From Eledone cirrhosa (Eukaryota), in contig OZ024740.1 of the NCBI GenBank assembly GCA_964016885.1, positions 108,872,001 to 108,936,000 on the forward strand: DNA of 64,000 nucleotides, given 5' to 3'. Shown here piece by piece: positions 25,155 to 36,665 of the stretch; positions within the stretch are counted from its first letter, which is position 1, and each line of letters begins with the position of its first letter. Both the position numbers and the translations under genes were made by a program. The notes beneath the pieces were generated by a model. It was given only the letters and a program-made list of their open reading frames with translations. It was not told the origin of the DNA and searched no databases.

Positions 25155-28100
25155 GATAATACACAAGACTAACATAATTCTCAAAAACATTATCATCACA
25201 AACAAACTAAACATTACTGATTTAAATCATCTCTATTATGCATCGGCTAAAGTCACCACTCACATATGTGGAGTGAAGATGAAAAAACAAAGGAATTCCC
25301 ACAAGAAATCTACTTGGCAAGAGAACATCAATCGCCAAATAAACCTTCTCCGATCTGACATAGAAATTTTAACAAACTATAAAGTAGGTGAATATGTTAA
25401 ACAAACTAAACTTAGAAAATTGAAAAAAAAGTACAGTATAAAATCAACATGTGACATAGACATGCTGATAGAAATAATCAAGCAAAAAGTGTCGGCCAAA
25501 GCTGCTCGTATAAGGCGCTTTGAAAAACGATCTAGATTCTATAAGGACAATAATATGTTCAAAAACAACCAAAGAAACTTCTTCAGAAAAATTGGTAAGT
25601 CAACAATAACTGCTAAATCAATACCACCCAAGGAGGAAGTGCAAGAATTCTGGGAAAAGATCTGGGCCGAAGAAAAAGTTCATAACATGGATAGACAGAC
25701 AAATGAAAGATACAGCTCACCCTGAGGAACAAACATGGGAAAATATAACAGTTGAACAGTTGCGCTTGGCTCTAATAAAAACCAGCAAATGGAAATCCCC
25801 AGGAAAAGACAAAATACAAAACTTTTGGATAAATGCCTTCACAGAGTCTCATGAGCTGTTAGCCCAACTTTACAATGAAATAGTTAAGGAGCCAGAAAAG
25901 ATACCATCATGGCTAGTTAACGGCATTACATTCCTGCTTCCGAAGAATGATGAGACAAACAATCCCCAAAATTACAGACCGATAACTTGCTTGACCACAA
26001 TGTATAAAATTTTAACATCAGTCCTAGCTGAATAGACATATGACCACCTGATAACAAATGACCTATTTCCCATTGAGCAGAAAGAGTGTAAACGAGGCTC
26101 ATATGGCTGTAAGGATCAGCTTCTGGTTAACAAAATGATACTGGAATATTGTCATAATAGACACAAAAATCTATCGATTGCTTGGATAGATTATAAAAAA
26201 GCATTCGATAGTTTGCCACACAGTTAGATTGAAAAATGTTTAGAGATTTTCAAAATATCCCCCGTTGTCAGGAGGTTTTTGTCATTCAGTATGAAGACAT
26301 GGAAAACGACACTCCTTTTGAATAGTGAAACAAAATCACTGGAAGCTGGAGAAGTTAATATTAATTGTGGAATTTTTCAGGGTGACTCTTTATCACCGCT
26401 TTTATTCTGCATCGCACTTATACCATTAAGTAAAATGCTCAATGAAACAAAACATGGATATAAAGTCTATGACAAAACCATTAATCACCTGTTCTACATG
26501 GATGACCTGAAACTATTTGCAAAAAATGATGAACAATTGCAAGGGCTATTATCCACTGTGAAGCAGTTCAGTGATGACATTAAAATGGAGTTTGGACTAG
26601 ATAAATGCGCCAAAGCAACGTTCACCAGAGGAAAGCTGCTGAAGAGTTCAGACATTAATCTTGATCGGGGGGAACGTGATAAGAGAACTTGATCAAGAAA
26701 AAACTTACAAATATCTAGGTATTTGTGAAGGAGACGGAATCAAGCACTCGACAATGAGGGAAAGGATAAGGAAGGAATGTTACCGCAGAGTAAGAGCAAT
26801 CTTAAGAACGGAATTGAATGCAAGGAATAGGATCGATGCCATAAACACGCTTGCCATACCAGTAGTAACCTACAGTTACAATGTCATCAACTGGTCAAGC
26901 ACAGAGATCCGTAGGCTCGATACAAAAATTCGAAAATTCTTAACCATGCACAGAATGCATCACCCTAAGGCAGATATAGATAGAATATATCTCCCTAGGA
27001 AAGAAGGAGGACGTGGGTTAATCCAGTTAGACATTACGTTGAAAACTGCAACAATTGGATTATCTACATATCTAAGGGAATCACATGATTGGATGATCAA
27101 ACTCGTTTTGAAACACGAAAGCATCAAAAGATCATATTCCATTACAAAAGATGCACAAAGATACAGTAATGGACTACAAATTTCAGAAGTCCCATTTACT
27201 GCTGAAATGGAAAACACAGAAAAAGCAAAGCAGGTAAAAGTAACTGCAAAGAAAGAACTGCTACAGAAACTGGCTAAGAAATGGCAAGAAAAGCCTCTGT
27301 ATGGAAAATACCCAGAGCGAGCTAACAATCCTGATGTTGACAAAACTTTAACCCATCAGTGGTTGGCATCCTCTGGACTGAAATCGGAGACTGAAGGACT
27401 GATTATATCAGCACAAGATCAGTGTCTGCCAACAAAAAATTACCAAGCCAACATAATAAAAAATGGGTGCAGCCCATTATGCCGCGTATGCAAAAAACAA
27501 CCAGAGACCATTGACCATATAATTTCAATGTGCAGTCCTATAGCTCCAACCGAATACCTAAACAGGCATGACAGAGCTGCACAATACATACATTTGACCT
27601 GCCCCATCAAAAGAATTGGTGGGAGCATCAACCACCTCCCATACTTGAAAAAGATCACATCTCAATCTTGTGGAACTTTAGCATCCAAACAGACCGAAAA
27701 ATAGATGCAAATAGACCTGATATAATATTGAAGGACTTTCAAAAGAGGGTATGCCTGCTAATTGATATGTCTGTTCCAATAGACAAGAATGTATCTATAA
27801 AAACATTTGAAAAATTGAGCAAGTATAAGGACCTGGAGATAGAAATTGGAAAAATGTGGAAATTGAGAACTAAAACAATACCAGTGGTTGTAGGCGCTCT
27901 GGAAATGATACCTAAGGGGTCTAATGATTACTTATCGCAAATCCCAGGAAACCCGCGTATAGGAGAAATACAAAAGATAGTACTAATGGGAACTGCCCAT
28001 ATACTAAGGAAGATTCTGTCAATATAAGTACATCACAAGTCTAAACACTAAAGATGCATGTGTGAATATGTATGTTCTTTCTTGAACATGGCGGACCTTG

Positions 28101-28170
28101 TTGTCTCTTGAGGTCACTGGTTGTGACTTGGTGATAACTCGTATGAACATAAAGCAAGATAAATGCAACT

Positions 28171-28171
<1 letters not shown>
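24842..28171 (+). mobile_element. R4/Dong-clade (RLE) non-LTR retrotransposon, 5'-truncated, inactivated
   Basis: WKSPGKDKIQNFW, NYRPITCL, GIFQGDSLSPLLF, FYMDDLK (RT); CRVC..ETIDHIISMC CCHC finger; RHD and RPDI..IDMSVP..EKLSKYKDL restriction-like endonuclease; stops (26033, ~26225) and frameshifts; flanked by (TAA)n on both sides. Confidence 0.92.

Positions 28172-28232
<61 letters not shown>
28172..28232. repeat. (TAA)~20 microsatellite shared by the Dong tail and the Tx1 tail/target
   Basis: Seen directly between the two 3' ends. Confidence 0.97.
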
Positions 28233-28234
<2 letters not shown>

Positions 28235-28494
28235 TTTCTTTATTAACCACAAGGGTTTACATAAAGTAGACATTAAGGACAGTGCAGGACAATGCAGGAC
28301 GGTACAAATGGGCATTTCTGCGTGTAAAAAAACAAAAACAGAGGATGTAACAAAAATAACAATGAAAATAACAATGAAAAATTCCCCAATAGGGGGGAGA
28401 CTTCGGAGGGACATTTGTGGAGAAAGTCCAGTAAAAAGCCACAATGACCCTGACCACCAAGGCAAGTGCCCTCTCCCAGTTTTCCACCTTTAAT

Positions 28495-31400
28495 TTACAG
28501 ATATATACTCAGAGTAGGCCCATTCACTCGGGCCATTCTTGCTTCTCTCACCCATCTTTCAACAAAATGCTGGGAAGAGAGCACTCCCCTCTCTACTCTG
28601 ATTTTCCTTTTCAAATGAAATTTGAAAAAGTCAATCAGAGCATCACCGAAGAGGTAAGTGCTCGTCTTCACCCCTTTCAAACTTGTCCACCATACTATCT
28701 CTTTCGCCATGGCCACCAGACAGATAAAAACTGCCTGCCCTTCCCGGCTAAAGGTGGAGGGCGGGGCAATCCTAACGATGGACTCAGATGATAGCCGGAT
28801 CCGTCCTAAACACGACAGCAGGTGTTCGACATAAACCCACAAGTCAGCAATTTTCGGACACTGGACGAGTGTGTGCAGGACGGTTTCGTCGCCCTGCGCG
28901 CATCTCGGACATGCCCGGCTGACGGCACCTCCATGCCTGTAGAGTTTATCCCGAACTGGCAAGGCTCCTCGGTAGCACTGCCAGGCCAGAGATTTCTGGA
29001 AGTTGTCCATAGGCCCTGGCCCGAAAGTTCTTCCGAAGAGATTGGCTAGTTGATTTTCGTCGACGCCTAGAGTTTCCCCAAGTACGTCGTCGCTCTTCCC
29101 CTCCACTAATCCTCTATAGAACGCCGAGGTGGAGTTTCCACCGATCACATTGCCCGATTGGTCGAGGGCTGTGAGCGCCTGAAGACATTCCAGTCTCCAG
29201 GCGCTCCCTCTCGGTCTTCGCTTGACCCAGGACTGCAGCTCCGTCAAGGAAACGAGCTGGGGAAATACGTGTCTAGAAAACGGCGACCACACCTGATCAC
29301 CGTCGAGGAAGAGGTGGAGATGTCGTAGCCTGAGCGCGTGCCTGCGCATCATCAGCCACGGCATGCCCAGCCCTCCACGTAGCGGGTGTTGACAACAGAT
29401 GGACCGCCTGACCATCGAAGCGCGTCCCTTCCACAAAAAGCGAAAGAACAAACGCTCCAGCGCAGTCAGGCGAAGCTTAGGACAAGGTACGACGGTCAGG
29501 CGGTAGCAGATGACAGACGCGATGTACGCGTTAGCCACCTCCGCTCGACCTTTCAGGGATAGCTTCCTCTCCGCCCATTTCTGGGTGAGAGAAGCCACAC
29601 TGCTCGTCACCTCGTCCCAGTTTTTGTCCGTCTGGAGGTCCGGACCGAACCAGACCCCTAGCAATTTAACCGGTCCGTCCGTCCAGCGTCTGACGACGCT
29701 GTTGGATGGCATGGACTTGCCTCTCCAGGTGCCGAGCTGCAGGCCCACTGACTTTTCCTGGTTGATCATTGCTCCTGTCACCGTTTCGTATTCTCTTAGT
29801 GTAGTGCCGATCGCCTCGATGTGTTTGGCGTTCGACACCACTACGGTGACATCGTCCGCATATGCTGACACGGATCTTCCGCATCCTAGTTCGCGCAGGA
29901 CGCCCCTCAACGTCTCCAGTTTGTGCAGTAATGGCTCGAGAGTCAATACGTACAAGAGGGACGAGAGGGGACATCCTTGGCGGACCGAGCGCATGATGTT
30001 GAACGGTTCCGACAGGTGACCGTTCACTCTCACCACAGAGCAGATGTCGCTCTGCATGGCAGCGATCCAGCCTCTGAAGACGGGCCCAAAGCCAGCCGCT
30101 CTCAGGACTGCCGCTAGGTAACGATGGTCGACCCTATCGAAAGCTTTCGACTGATCTAAATTGATCAAGGACCCACCCGTGCCAGGTTCCTTAGCTACCC
30201 TCTCTACGATGTATCGCATGAGGTGGAGGTTGTCGTGGATGGATCTGTCGGGAATGGCGCACGTCTGCGCCTCTCCCACCATACCACCAACGACAAGTGC
30301 CAACCTCTTTGCTAGCACCTTGGCCAAAATCTTGAACTCTGTGTTTAGCAGAGTTATGGGCCGGAAATTATCTATGTTATCCCTCTTGTTCGGATCCTTT
30401 CTCAGCAGTGCCACCGCTCCTCGGCTCACAGAACTGGGAATTCTCCCGTTCTGTTGCCAGTTGCAGTAGACGTCCGCCAAGAGGCCTCCGAACAAGTCTG
30501 GCATCTGTACGTAAAGTTCATAGGGCAGACCATCCAAACCAGGCGATTTACCCCTTGTGCAGCCAGTCATTGCCTCCCTTACTTCAGCGGTTGTTATCGG
30601 CTTTTCGCAACACTTCGCCTCAGTGGCCGAGAGCCGCGGCAGTCCGTCGAGGTAGACACTAAAGTCCATCCCTCGACCCGGCCCACCGCTGCCCCCGAAC
30701 AGCTGAGCGAAGTGTCGCTGAAAAGCTTCACACATTTGCCCGGGATCGAGTAGCATGCGCCCGTCGTGGTCCACCAAAGACCGGATCGTGGCTTTGTTGC
30801 CACGACGCGCCTCCGCCACTCGGGCCCATTGAACGGCTTTCGTCCCCTCGTGTCTGAGAGCACGCATCCTAGCTCTGACAACGCAGCCTTCGTGCTTTGC
30901 ATTGAAGAATTGGTCAAGGGCCAATTTCGCCGCAAGCACGTCGGTCGCAATGCCTTTGCTAAGCGCCTCGTCTAATTTTCTAACTAGTTCTCCCTCTGCT
31001 CTATTTTTCTCTATTGCTAAAGCCTTACTAAACCTAATGGATTCTATTCTAATCGCTCTTTTCAGAGCAAACCACCACTTGTTGTTGACGATGGCCCCCG
31101 TCAACGCCCGCTTAACTAGTTTGCTAATCCGGTCTCTGTAGGCCTTGCGCGCTGGTAAGGACGCGTTTAGCTTCCAGTAGCCGGGTCCTCGTCTATGAAG
31201 CCTATCTAAGTCAAGCACACAGATCACGAATTTGTGGTCCGTGTAGCAGCTGACTATCTTGAATTGTGGACAGCCTATGCTAGACCTATCTATTTCCCTA
31301 CAAAATACTCTATCTAGATATGATCTGGATGACCCTATGCGATTTGTCCAAGTCCACATTTGCGCATTCGGGAAATCCAATCGGTACCTGTCAGACAGTT

Positions 31401-31917
31401 CAAAACTCCTGAGCAGGTTGGTGAGGCTCTTGCACCCTCCACCCCTATCCGCTAATCCCACACAGTCCCAGCGTGCATCTAAGATCCCGTTCCAGTCGCC
31501 CACTAACACTAAAGAGCGGGACGTTCCAAGAAAGGTCTCCAGACGCCGGAAGAAATCAGGCCGCCCTGCTCCTGTCGGGGCATAGACGGCCACTAGACAG
31601 AAAGCTTGCCCGTCTCCGCTGGTCACGTCCAGCACCACCAGCTTACCCTCTGGGTCCAGGAAGATGGCCCGTATGGCGAGATCCAAACCTCTCCGAAAAA
31701 GCACAGCAACTCCTCCCCCCGATCCAGGACGGCTGGGAGATGCATACACATCGTAGCCGCCGAAGATCGGTGCGAAGGCCCGTGCTTCGGAGATTCTGGT
31801 CTCGCTGATGGCCACTACATCTATGTTTAGTGACCTGAGGTCGTTGAGCAGGTGACCCTGCTTCCATGACGACCCCAAGCCACGCGCATTTATGCTGCCT
31901 ATTCTGAGTGAGTTCAT
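28495..31917 (-). CDS. Tx1-type ORF2: APE endonuclease, reverse transcriptase, CCHC zinc finger (intact, 1140 aa)
   Basis: SINARGL, ISETR, VYAP, GDWN, SYLDRV, YTDH (APE); GPGYWKLN; KSPGLDGLP, NFRPITLLN, DQSKAFDRV, RQGCPLS, YADD (RT); CPRC..ETVLHTLVQC. Confidence 0.95.
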   Translation of the reverse strand: MNSLRIGSINARGLGSSWKQGHLLNDLRSLNIDVVAISETRISEARAFAPIFGGYDVYASPSRPGSGGGVAVLFRRGLDLAIRAIFLDPEGKLVVLDVTSGDGQAFCLVAVYAPTGAGRPDFFRRLETFLGTSRSLVLVGDWNGILDARWDCVGLADRGGGCKSLTNLLRSFELSDRYRLDFPNAQMWTWTNRIGSSRSYLDRVFCREIDRSSIGCPQFKIVSCYTDHKFVICVLDLDRLHRRGPGYWKLNASLPARKAYRDRISKLVKRALTGAIVNNKWWFALKRAIRIESIRFSKALAIEKNRAEGELVRKLDEALSKGIATDVLAAKLALDQFFNAKHEGCVVRARMRALRHEGTKAVQWARVAEARRGNKATIRSLVDHDGRMLLDPGQMCEAFQRHFAQLFGGSGGPGRGMDFSVYLDGLPRLSATEAKCCEKPITTAEVREAMTGCTRGKSPGLDGLPYELYVQMPDLFGGLLADVYCNWQQNGRIPSSVSRGAVALLRKDPNKRDNIDNFRPITLLNTEFKILAKVLAKRLALVVGGMVGEAQTCAIPDRSIHDNLHLMRYIVERVAKEPGTGGSLINLDQSKAFDRVDHRYLAAVLRAAGFGPVFRGWIAAMQSDICSVVRVNGHLSEPFNIMRSVRQGCPLSSLLYVLTLEPLLHKLETLRGVLRELGCGRSVSAYADDVTVVVSNAKHIEAIGTTLREYETVTGAMINQEKSVGLQLGTWRGKSMPSNSVVRRWTDGPVKLLGVWFGPDLQTDKNWDEVTSSVASLTQKWAERKLSLKGRAEVANAYIASVICYRLTVVPCPKLRLTALERLFFRFLWKGRASMVRRSICCQHPLRGGLGMPWLMMRRHALRLRHLHLFLDGDQVWSPFSRHVFPQLVSLTELQSWVKRRPRGSAWRLECLQALTALDQSGNVIGGNSTSAFYRGLVEGKSDDVLGETLGVDENQLANLFGRTFGPGPMDNFQKSLAWQCYRGALPVRDKLYRHGGAVSRACPRCAQGDETVLHTLVQCPKIADLWVYVEHLLSCLGRIRLSSESIVRIAPPSTFSREGQAVFICLVAMAKEIVWWTSLKGVKTSTYLFGDALIDFFKFHLKRKIRVERGVLSSQHFVERWVREARMARVNGPTLSIYL

Positions 31918-32081
31918 GTTTAAAATAGAGTGGAAAAGATGGGAAAGACCACTTACCGTACTTTTCGTAGAGGAGGGATGGTTTTTACATCCCTTTTCAC
32001 TTGATCGTCTGGTGAAGGGACCGTTGAATCATCCCTTCGGCTGGTCGTCGGCTCTTCTATGAGAATGTCTGAATATACTCT

Positions 32082-34069
32082 TCAATTGATAGTTCCTCCT
32101 AGGTCCCTGAAATCACCAACTGCGTTGGGGAATTTCGTTTTAATGTTTGTGTATTGTTTCTGTGCTATTTTTAGCAGTCTTATGTTAGTTGGCGTTTTGA
32201 TTGGTGCTGGTATTATGTAGTCGTGTTGTGAAATGTCTGTGTGTTCAATTATGTAAGTCATTAGTTTCTTGTTGTGTGTATTTATTGCCGTGCATTTGTT
32301 TTTCTGGGGGTGGGGTGTGGTTCTGCTATTTTCTTGTCGTTGTTGGTGGGTGTGTGTGTTTTGTTGTTGTGTTTGCGATGTTGGTGCTTGTGGTGGTGGT
32401 GTTGAAGGTGTTGTTGGTGGTGGGGTTGTCGCCGGTGGTGATGGTGGTGCTAGTGTGGGTGGTGATGGTGTTGGTGGTGTTGCTGCTGTGGGTCTCTTTG
32501 CAGTAGACTTTACCCTTTTCTCATTTCTTTCCTCCCTTTTCAAAGGCGACGATGCGCTGCTTCTGCGTTTGTGCCTTCTTACGACCTTTTGCCATCCCTC
32601 TCCCACCTCACACTCCATGTCTGATTCTGTGAGGTCGGGGAGGGGTACCAGCTCCACTCTTTCACTTGTTGTTGTTGGTGATGTTTGCACTGGAGTCTCT
32701 GTTGCAGCTGCATTTGGTATTGCTGTTGTTGTTGTTAATATTTCCACTGCTGCTGCTGTTTTTGATTTCCGTGGCGTGGGTATGGGTGCCACGGACCTAT
32801 CGTTCCTGGTTGCCGCTTGTCCTGTTGCTGGTAGCCGTGGAGCCGGTTTCGGAAGGAGGGGGGTTTTCTCCTTTCTCAGGGTCTTCTCGTTGCAGAAGGC
32901 CCTGAGGTGAGTCTTCGATCCACAGCGAAAGCATTTCGGGCGTTTTCCCTCAACACTTATGGGCAGTTGAGTGCCGTTATCGAAGTCTATCACATCCGGG
33001 ATAGCTTCGATGCACTCCTGGTTGGTTTGGATTAGCATCTCAATGGAGGTGCCGACCCAATCTTCTCTTACTTTTTTCTGTACTTGCAGTACAGTTGTTT
33101 TGTCCTCGATTCCGACGAGGACAGACGCGGCCAGCCAAGAAGGGGCCATCCCGGGGGGGGGGGGGGGACGGACGACGTGGGTCAGTTTGACCCTCACAAT
33201 TTTTTCCCGCAGTAGGAGGGCACCAACACCATTTCCTCGCTCCTTAGGGTCACTACGGATTGGGCCTTTGCCTCCTGGGGTGTGGCAAAAAGTACGTCTA
33301 CGGTGGCATATTTTTTGCCTCGGGTGATGTGCGTTTTCCGCTGCCACACAGACTCCAAGGCTTTTTGTATTTGCGCCTCTGTGGCTCTTTCCACCCTACG
33401 GGATTTTGTACTTACTGTACGGTACGTGACCGTACAGTGCTGTTGGGTTTCGAAAAACTTTTCCGCTGCCTTGCAGATTGCTCGGTGTCCATTCTTTGTC
33501 ACCATCTTCTTCGCTTCCTCTAATTCCTCATTTGTTATGAGGATTGTTTCCAAGTTTTTCGTAATACCTACAAATGAGATTGGTTTTTCTTTGCTGCTGT
33601 TGTTGTTGTTGTCGTCAGAGCTGCTGTTACTTTTGTTGTTGCTGCAGGTACTACGGCTACTGCCTCCGCCGCTGTTGCTGTGGTTGTTGTTGGTGTTGCT
33701 GCTGCTAATGCTGTTGTTGTTTATGCTGCTGGTGATGATGTTGCGGCTGCTACTGTTGTTTTCATTGTCACTGTTGCTGTTGTTATTACGGCTGCTACTG
33801 CTATTATTCCTGACGTCAGACGAATGAACTGGGTTTTCGTATTTCCCGCACACCTGTTTCGTCGCTGTCGTCGTCGTCGTGGAGAAACCTTGCACGCTTT
33901 GCACGAGACTTTTCTTTTCTTTCGTCGCTTGCGAAAGAGAAGGGAGGGAGAGAGACACATTTAAAGAAGAAAGGGAGAGAGACAATCTTCTCTCTGCTGT
34001 AGTGATGATTGAGGAAGAAGAAGACGGAATGAGTGGGAGTGACCTATGAAATTTCTTTTTCGTAGCCAT
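32082..34069 (-). CDS. Tx1-type ORF1 (gag-like, zinc knuckle), split by a 1-nt frameshift at ~33200
   Basis: ATG at 34069 (MATKKKF); Asn/Ser low-complexity region; one extra A in the A6 run joins YCGKK to IVRVKLTHV; CFRCGSKTHLRAFC (CX2CX4HX4C); WQKVVRRHKRR; Pro/Thr-rich tail. Confidence 0.85.
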
Positions 34070-34766
34070 GTTGTTTTTTTTTTTGTTTAAAATAAATATT
34101 GGGTACAAAACCCCAATAAGCAGTTATTTAACCCCGAAGGGCCAAATAACGGGCAGAAAGACCCCTCTCACGAGGAGGAGGGTGTTTTTGTCTACAAGTT
34201 CGTTAAAGTTTTAAACAATTTACAATTGTTATAGTGTTCAAAATTTACAATACCTTACAGAGCCGAGCCTCCGTCAACCATAGCATTCAATAATAATAAT
34301 AATAATAATAATAATAAGAACCCAACTATATTTTACACCTTTTTATACTCATATAGTGGGGTGTTCCTATTATTGTCAGCCCTTTAATATCTACACAAGA
34401 GGGAGGGGGTGGCTGCTCCTATTTTCAACCCTTTTGCTACATTCCAGAACACAACTAAATTTCATAACTTATTGTAATGTTAAACATCGTTTAACATTTT
34501 ATTAACTTGTACAATTTGCACATGTTATTATGTCAAGGTCAATTTTCATCCTTTTGGGGTCGATAAATAAAAATTTGGTGGAATTGTTACAGTGTTAAAT
34601 TGCTTTGCAGTATCTGATCCAGCTCTGTGAGTTTTGAGTTAAAATTCTGCCAGGAGTTGTGACCAGCAGATAATTCCAACAACGGAAAGACCAGCTGAAA
34701 TATTGTTTCCTTGATCTGATCTGATAATCCATTCTTTACCTTTCTCTTTCCTCCCTCCCCTCTTTC

Positions 34767-35637
34767 TCATCATCGTTTAACGTCTATAGCATGAGTAGGA
34801 TGGTCTGTCCCTTTGTGAGAGATCAAGTCAGAGGACCATGTTTCACTCACACTGAACTAATTTTGGATTGGTTTTTTACAGCTGGATGCCCTTCCTAATG
34901 CCAACCACATTTACAGTGTGGACTGGGCGCTTTTTGCCATGGCACCTACATGACCCCTTTACAGTGTGGACTGGGCACTTTTGTCGTGACACCTACACTT
35001 TTGTCATGGCTCCTGGGGGAACCACTTTATGGAGTGGGTTGGGAACTTGAGTGGGATGAGGAAGATCTTAGGGGTGTAGGTAAAAGGGTGGGATGATTAC
35101 AGCAAAGCAGGTGTATGGGAGGGGAGATGTAATGGGAAGGTGTTGCCTACTAGATATATGCCTCAGCTCCTGCATATGGGAGGGCAGGTCTCCTGTAATA
35201 CTTCATAGTGTCAGAGATCACGTTCCTATGTCATTGCCTTAGTGAGCGTAATTGTGCAGAGTCAGCTTTTATTACCTCATCCCAAGTCTTCCTAGGTCTG
35301 CCCACTCCATAGCTACTGTCAACTTTGAGTGCTCTGCACCTTTTTATACAGCTGTCATCCTTCATGCGCATCACATGTCCATACCAACGCAATCTCCTCT
35401 CCTGCACACAACATCTGATCCCTCTTATGCCTAATTTCTCATGCTGTTTGTTTATGCTTTGCCATTTGCATATATTGGTATGTCACATCCATCGAAGCAC
35501 GGAGGCTTCATTTTTTTCCAAGCTTTACAGGTCCTCTGCACACAGTGCCCAGGTCTCGCTTCATTGCAACAATGTTCTTCGTATACATGCATCATACTGT
35601 CTACCTTTCATTTTGAGGGAAATACCTCCAACCGTTA
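34767..35637 (-). mobile_element. Older RTE family-2-like 3' fragment
   Basis: Reverse strand encodes RRLRWYGHVMRMKDD..GRPRKTW; the UTR has the CAGCTGGATGCCCTTCCTAATGCCAACC block. Confidence 0.8.
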
Positions 35638-35829
35638 AGGTTGTCTTTTTTCAGGGTATGTCAATATTTATTTATAAAACTAATCTGTATTGTATTTTAT
35701 CTGATGAAAGCGCACCATAATTTGCATTGGTGGCCCTGGAAATATGTATAATAAAATAAATATGTTTTTATAAATATAGTTTCCATTTGTTAATATATTG
35801 TATTAAATATATATATATATATATATATA

Positions 35830-36360
35830 GTGCCCACATTCCATTGCACAGATGGTTCTATAGAAATAGTGGACACCTTCCGTTACCTGGGTGACAAAAT
35901 CAGCAGTGGTGGAGGGTGCTCTGAAAGTACAGTAGCTAGAGTCAGAACGGGATGGAAAAAGTTCAGAGAGCTTATACCACTATTAGCCGCTAAAGGGTTC
36001 TCCCTAAAAGTGAAAGGCAGGTTATATGATGCCCCCCACTCCATCCACACCACCCCTTCCAATGTAAAGTTATGTTGGTACCACAACATCCAGTCCGAAA
36101 CAAATGTGGTCGTGTAGGTGTCACGACAAAAAAACACACAGTCCACGCTGTAATGTGGCCGTGTAGGTAACATGGTAAAAACCTTCCAGTCCACACTGTA
36201 AACGTGGTTGGTGTTAGGAAGGGCATCCAGCTGTAGAAAATCTGCCAGACAGTCCTATACGAGCAAGACAACCAATCTTGCCTCAAGTGGGAAAATTCCC
36301 GTCCAAACCCATGCTAGCGTGGAAGATGGACGTTAAACGATGATAATAATGATGATGATG
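35830..36360 (+). mobile_element. RTE family 2 fragment with internal deletion
   Basis: DGSIEIVDTFRYLGDKIS..KGRLYDA joined directly to the 3'UTR at ~36033; GAT tail; 5' end abuts (TA)n. Confidence 0.88.
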
Positions 36361-36623
36361 ATATACATATTGATTCATTGACTTGTCTCTCTTTTCCTCT
36401 CTTTGCGTTGCATTACTACCATGTTTGTTTCCTTTCCTCTGTTTTCCTCTGTCCTGATAACTTAATTTAGTTATGGCTCGCACTGATTTTAGGTATCTAG
36501 TCTTTAATGCAAAGAAATACCAATGATAATCAGCAGGCTACTGATGACGGACATTCTTGTTTCTCGGTCTATTTTTATTCATATGTTCATATTCACAACA
36601 ACGCAGCACGCCATTTTTCATTC

Positions 36624-36660
<37 letters not shown>

Positions 36661-36665
<5 letters not shown>

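Larger units (their letters stand above)
28233..34288 (-). mobile_element. Full-length Tx1/L1-clade non-LTR retrotransposon (6.06 kb)
   Basis: 5'UTR, ORF1, 164-bp spacer, ORF2, 3'UTR ending CCCTTGTGGTTAATAAAGAAATC(ATT)n; (AAT)n on both sides (28172-28232 and 34289-34317); GC/CpG-rich relative to the flanks. Confidence 0.93.

Noticed and set aside
28444-33964. Numerous plus-strand ORFs overlapping the Tx1 element
   Set aside because: Antisense shadows of a GC-rich coding sequence with no independent motifs.
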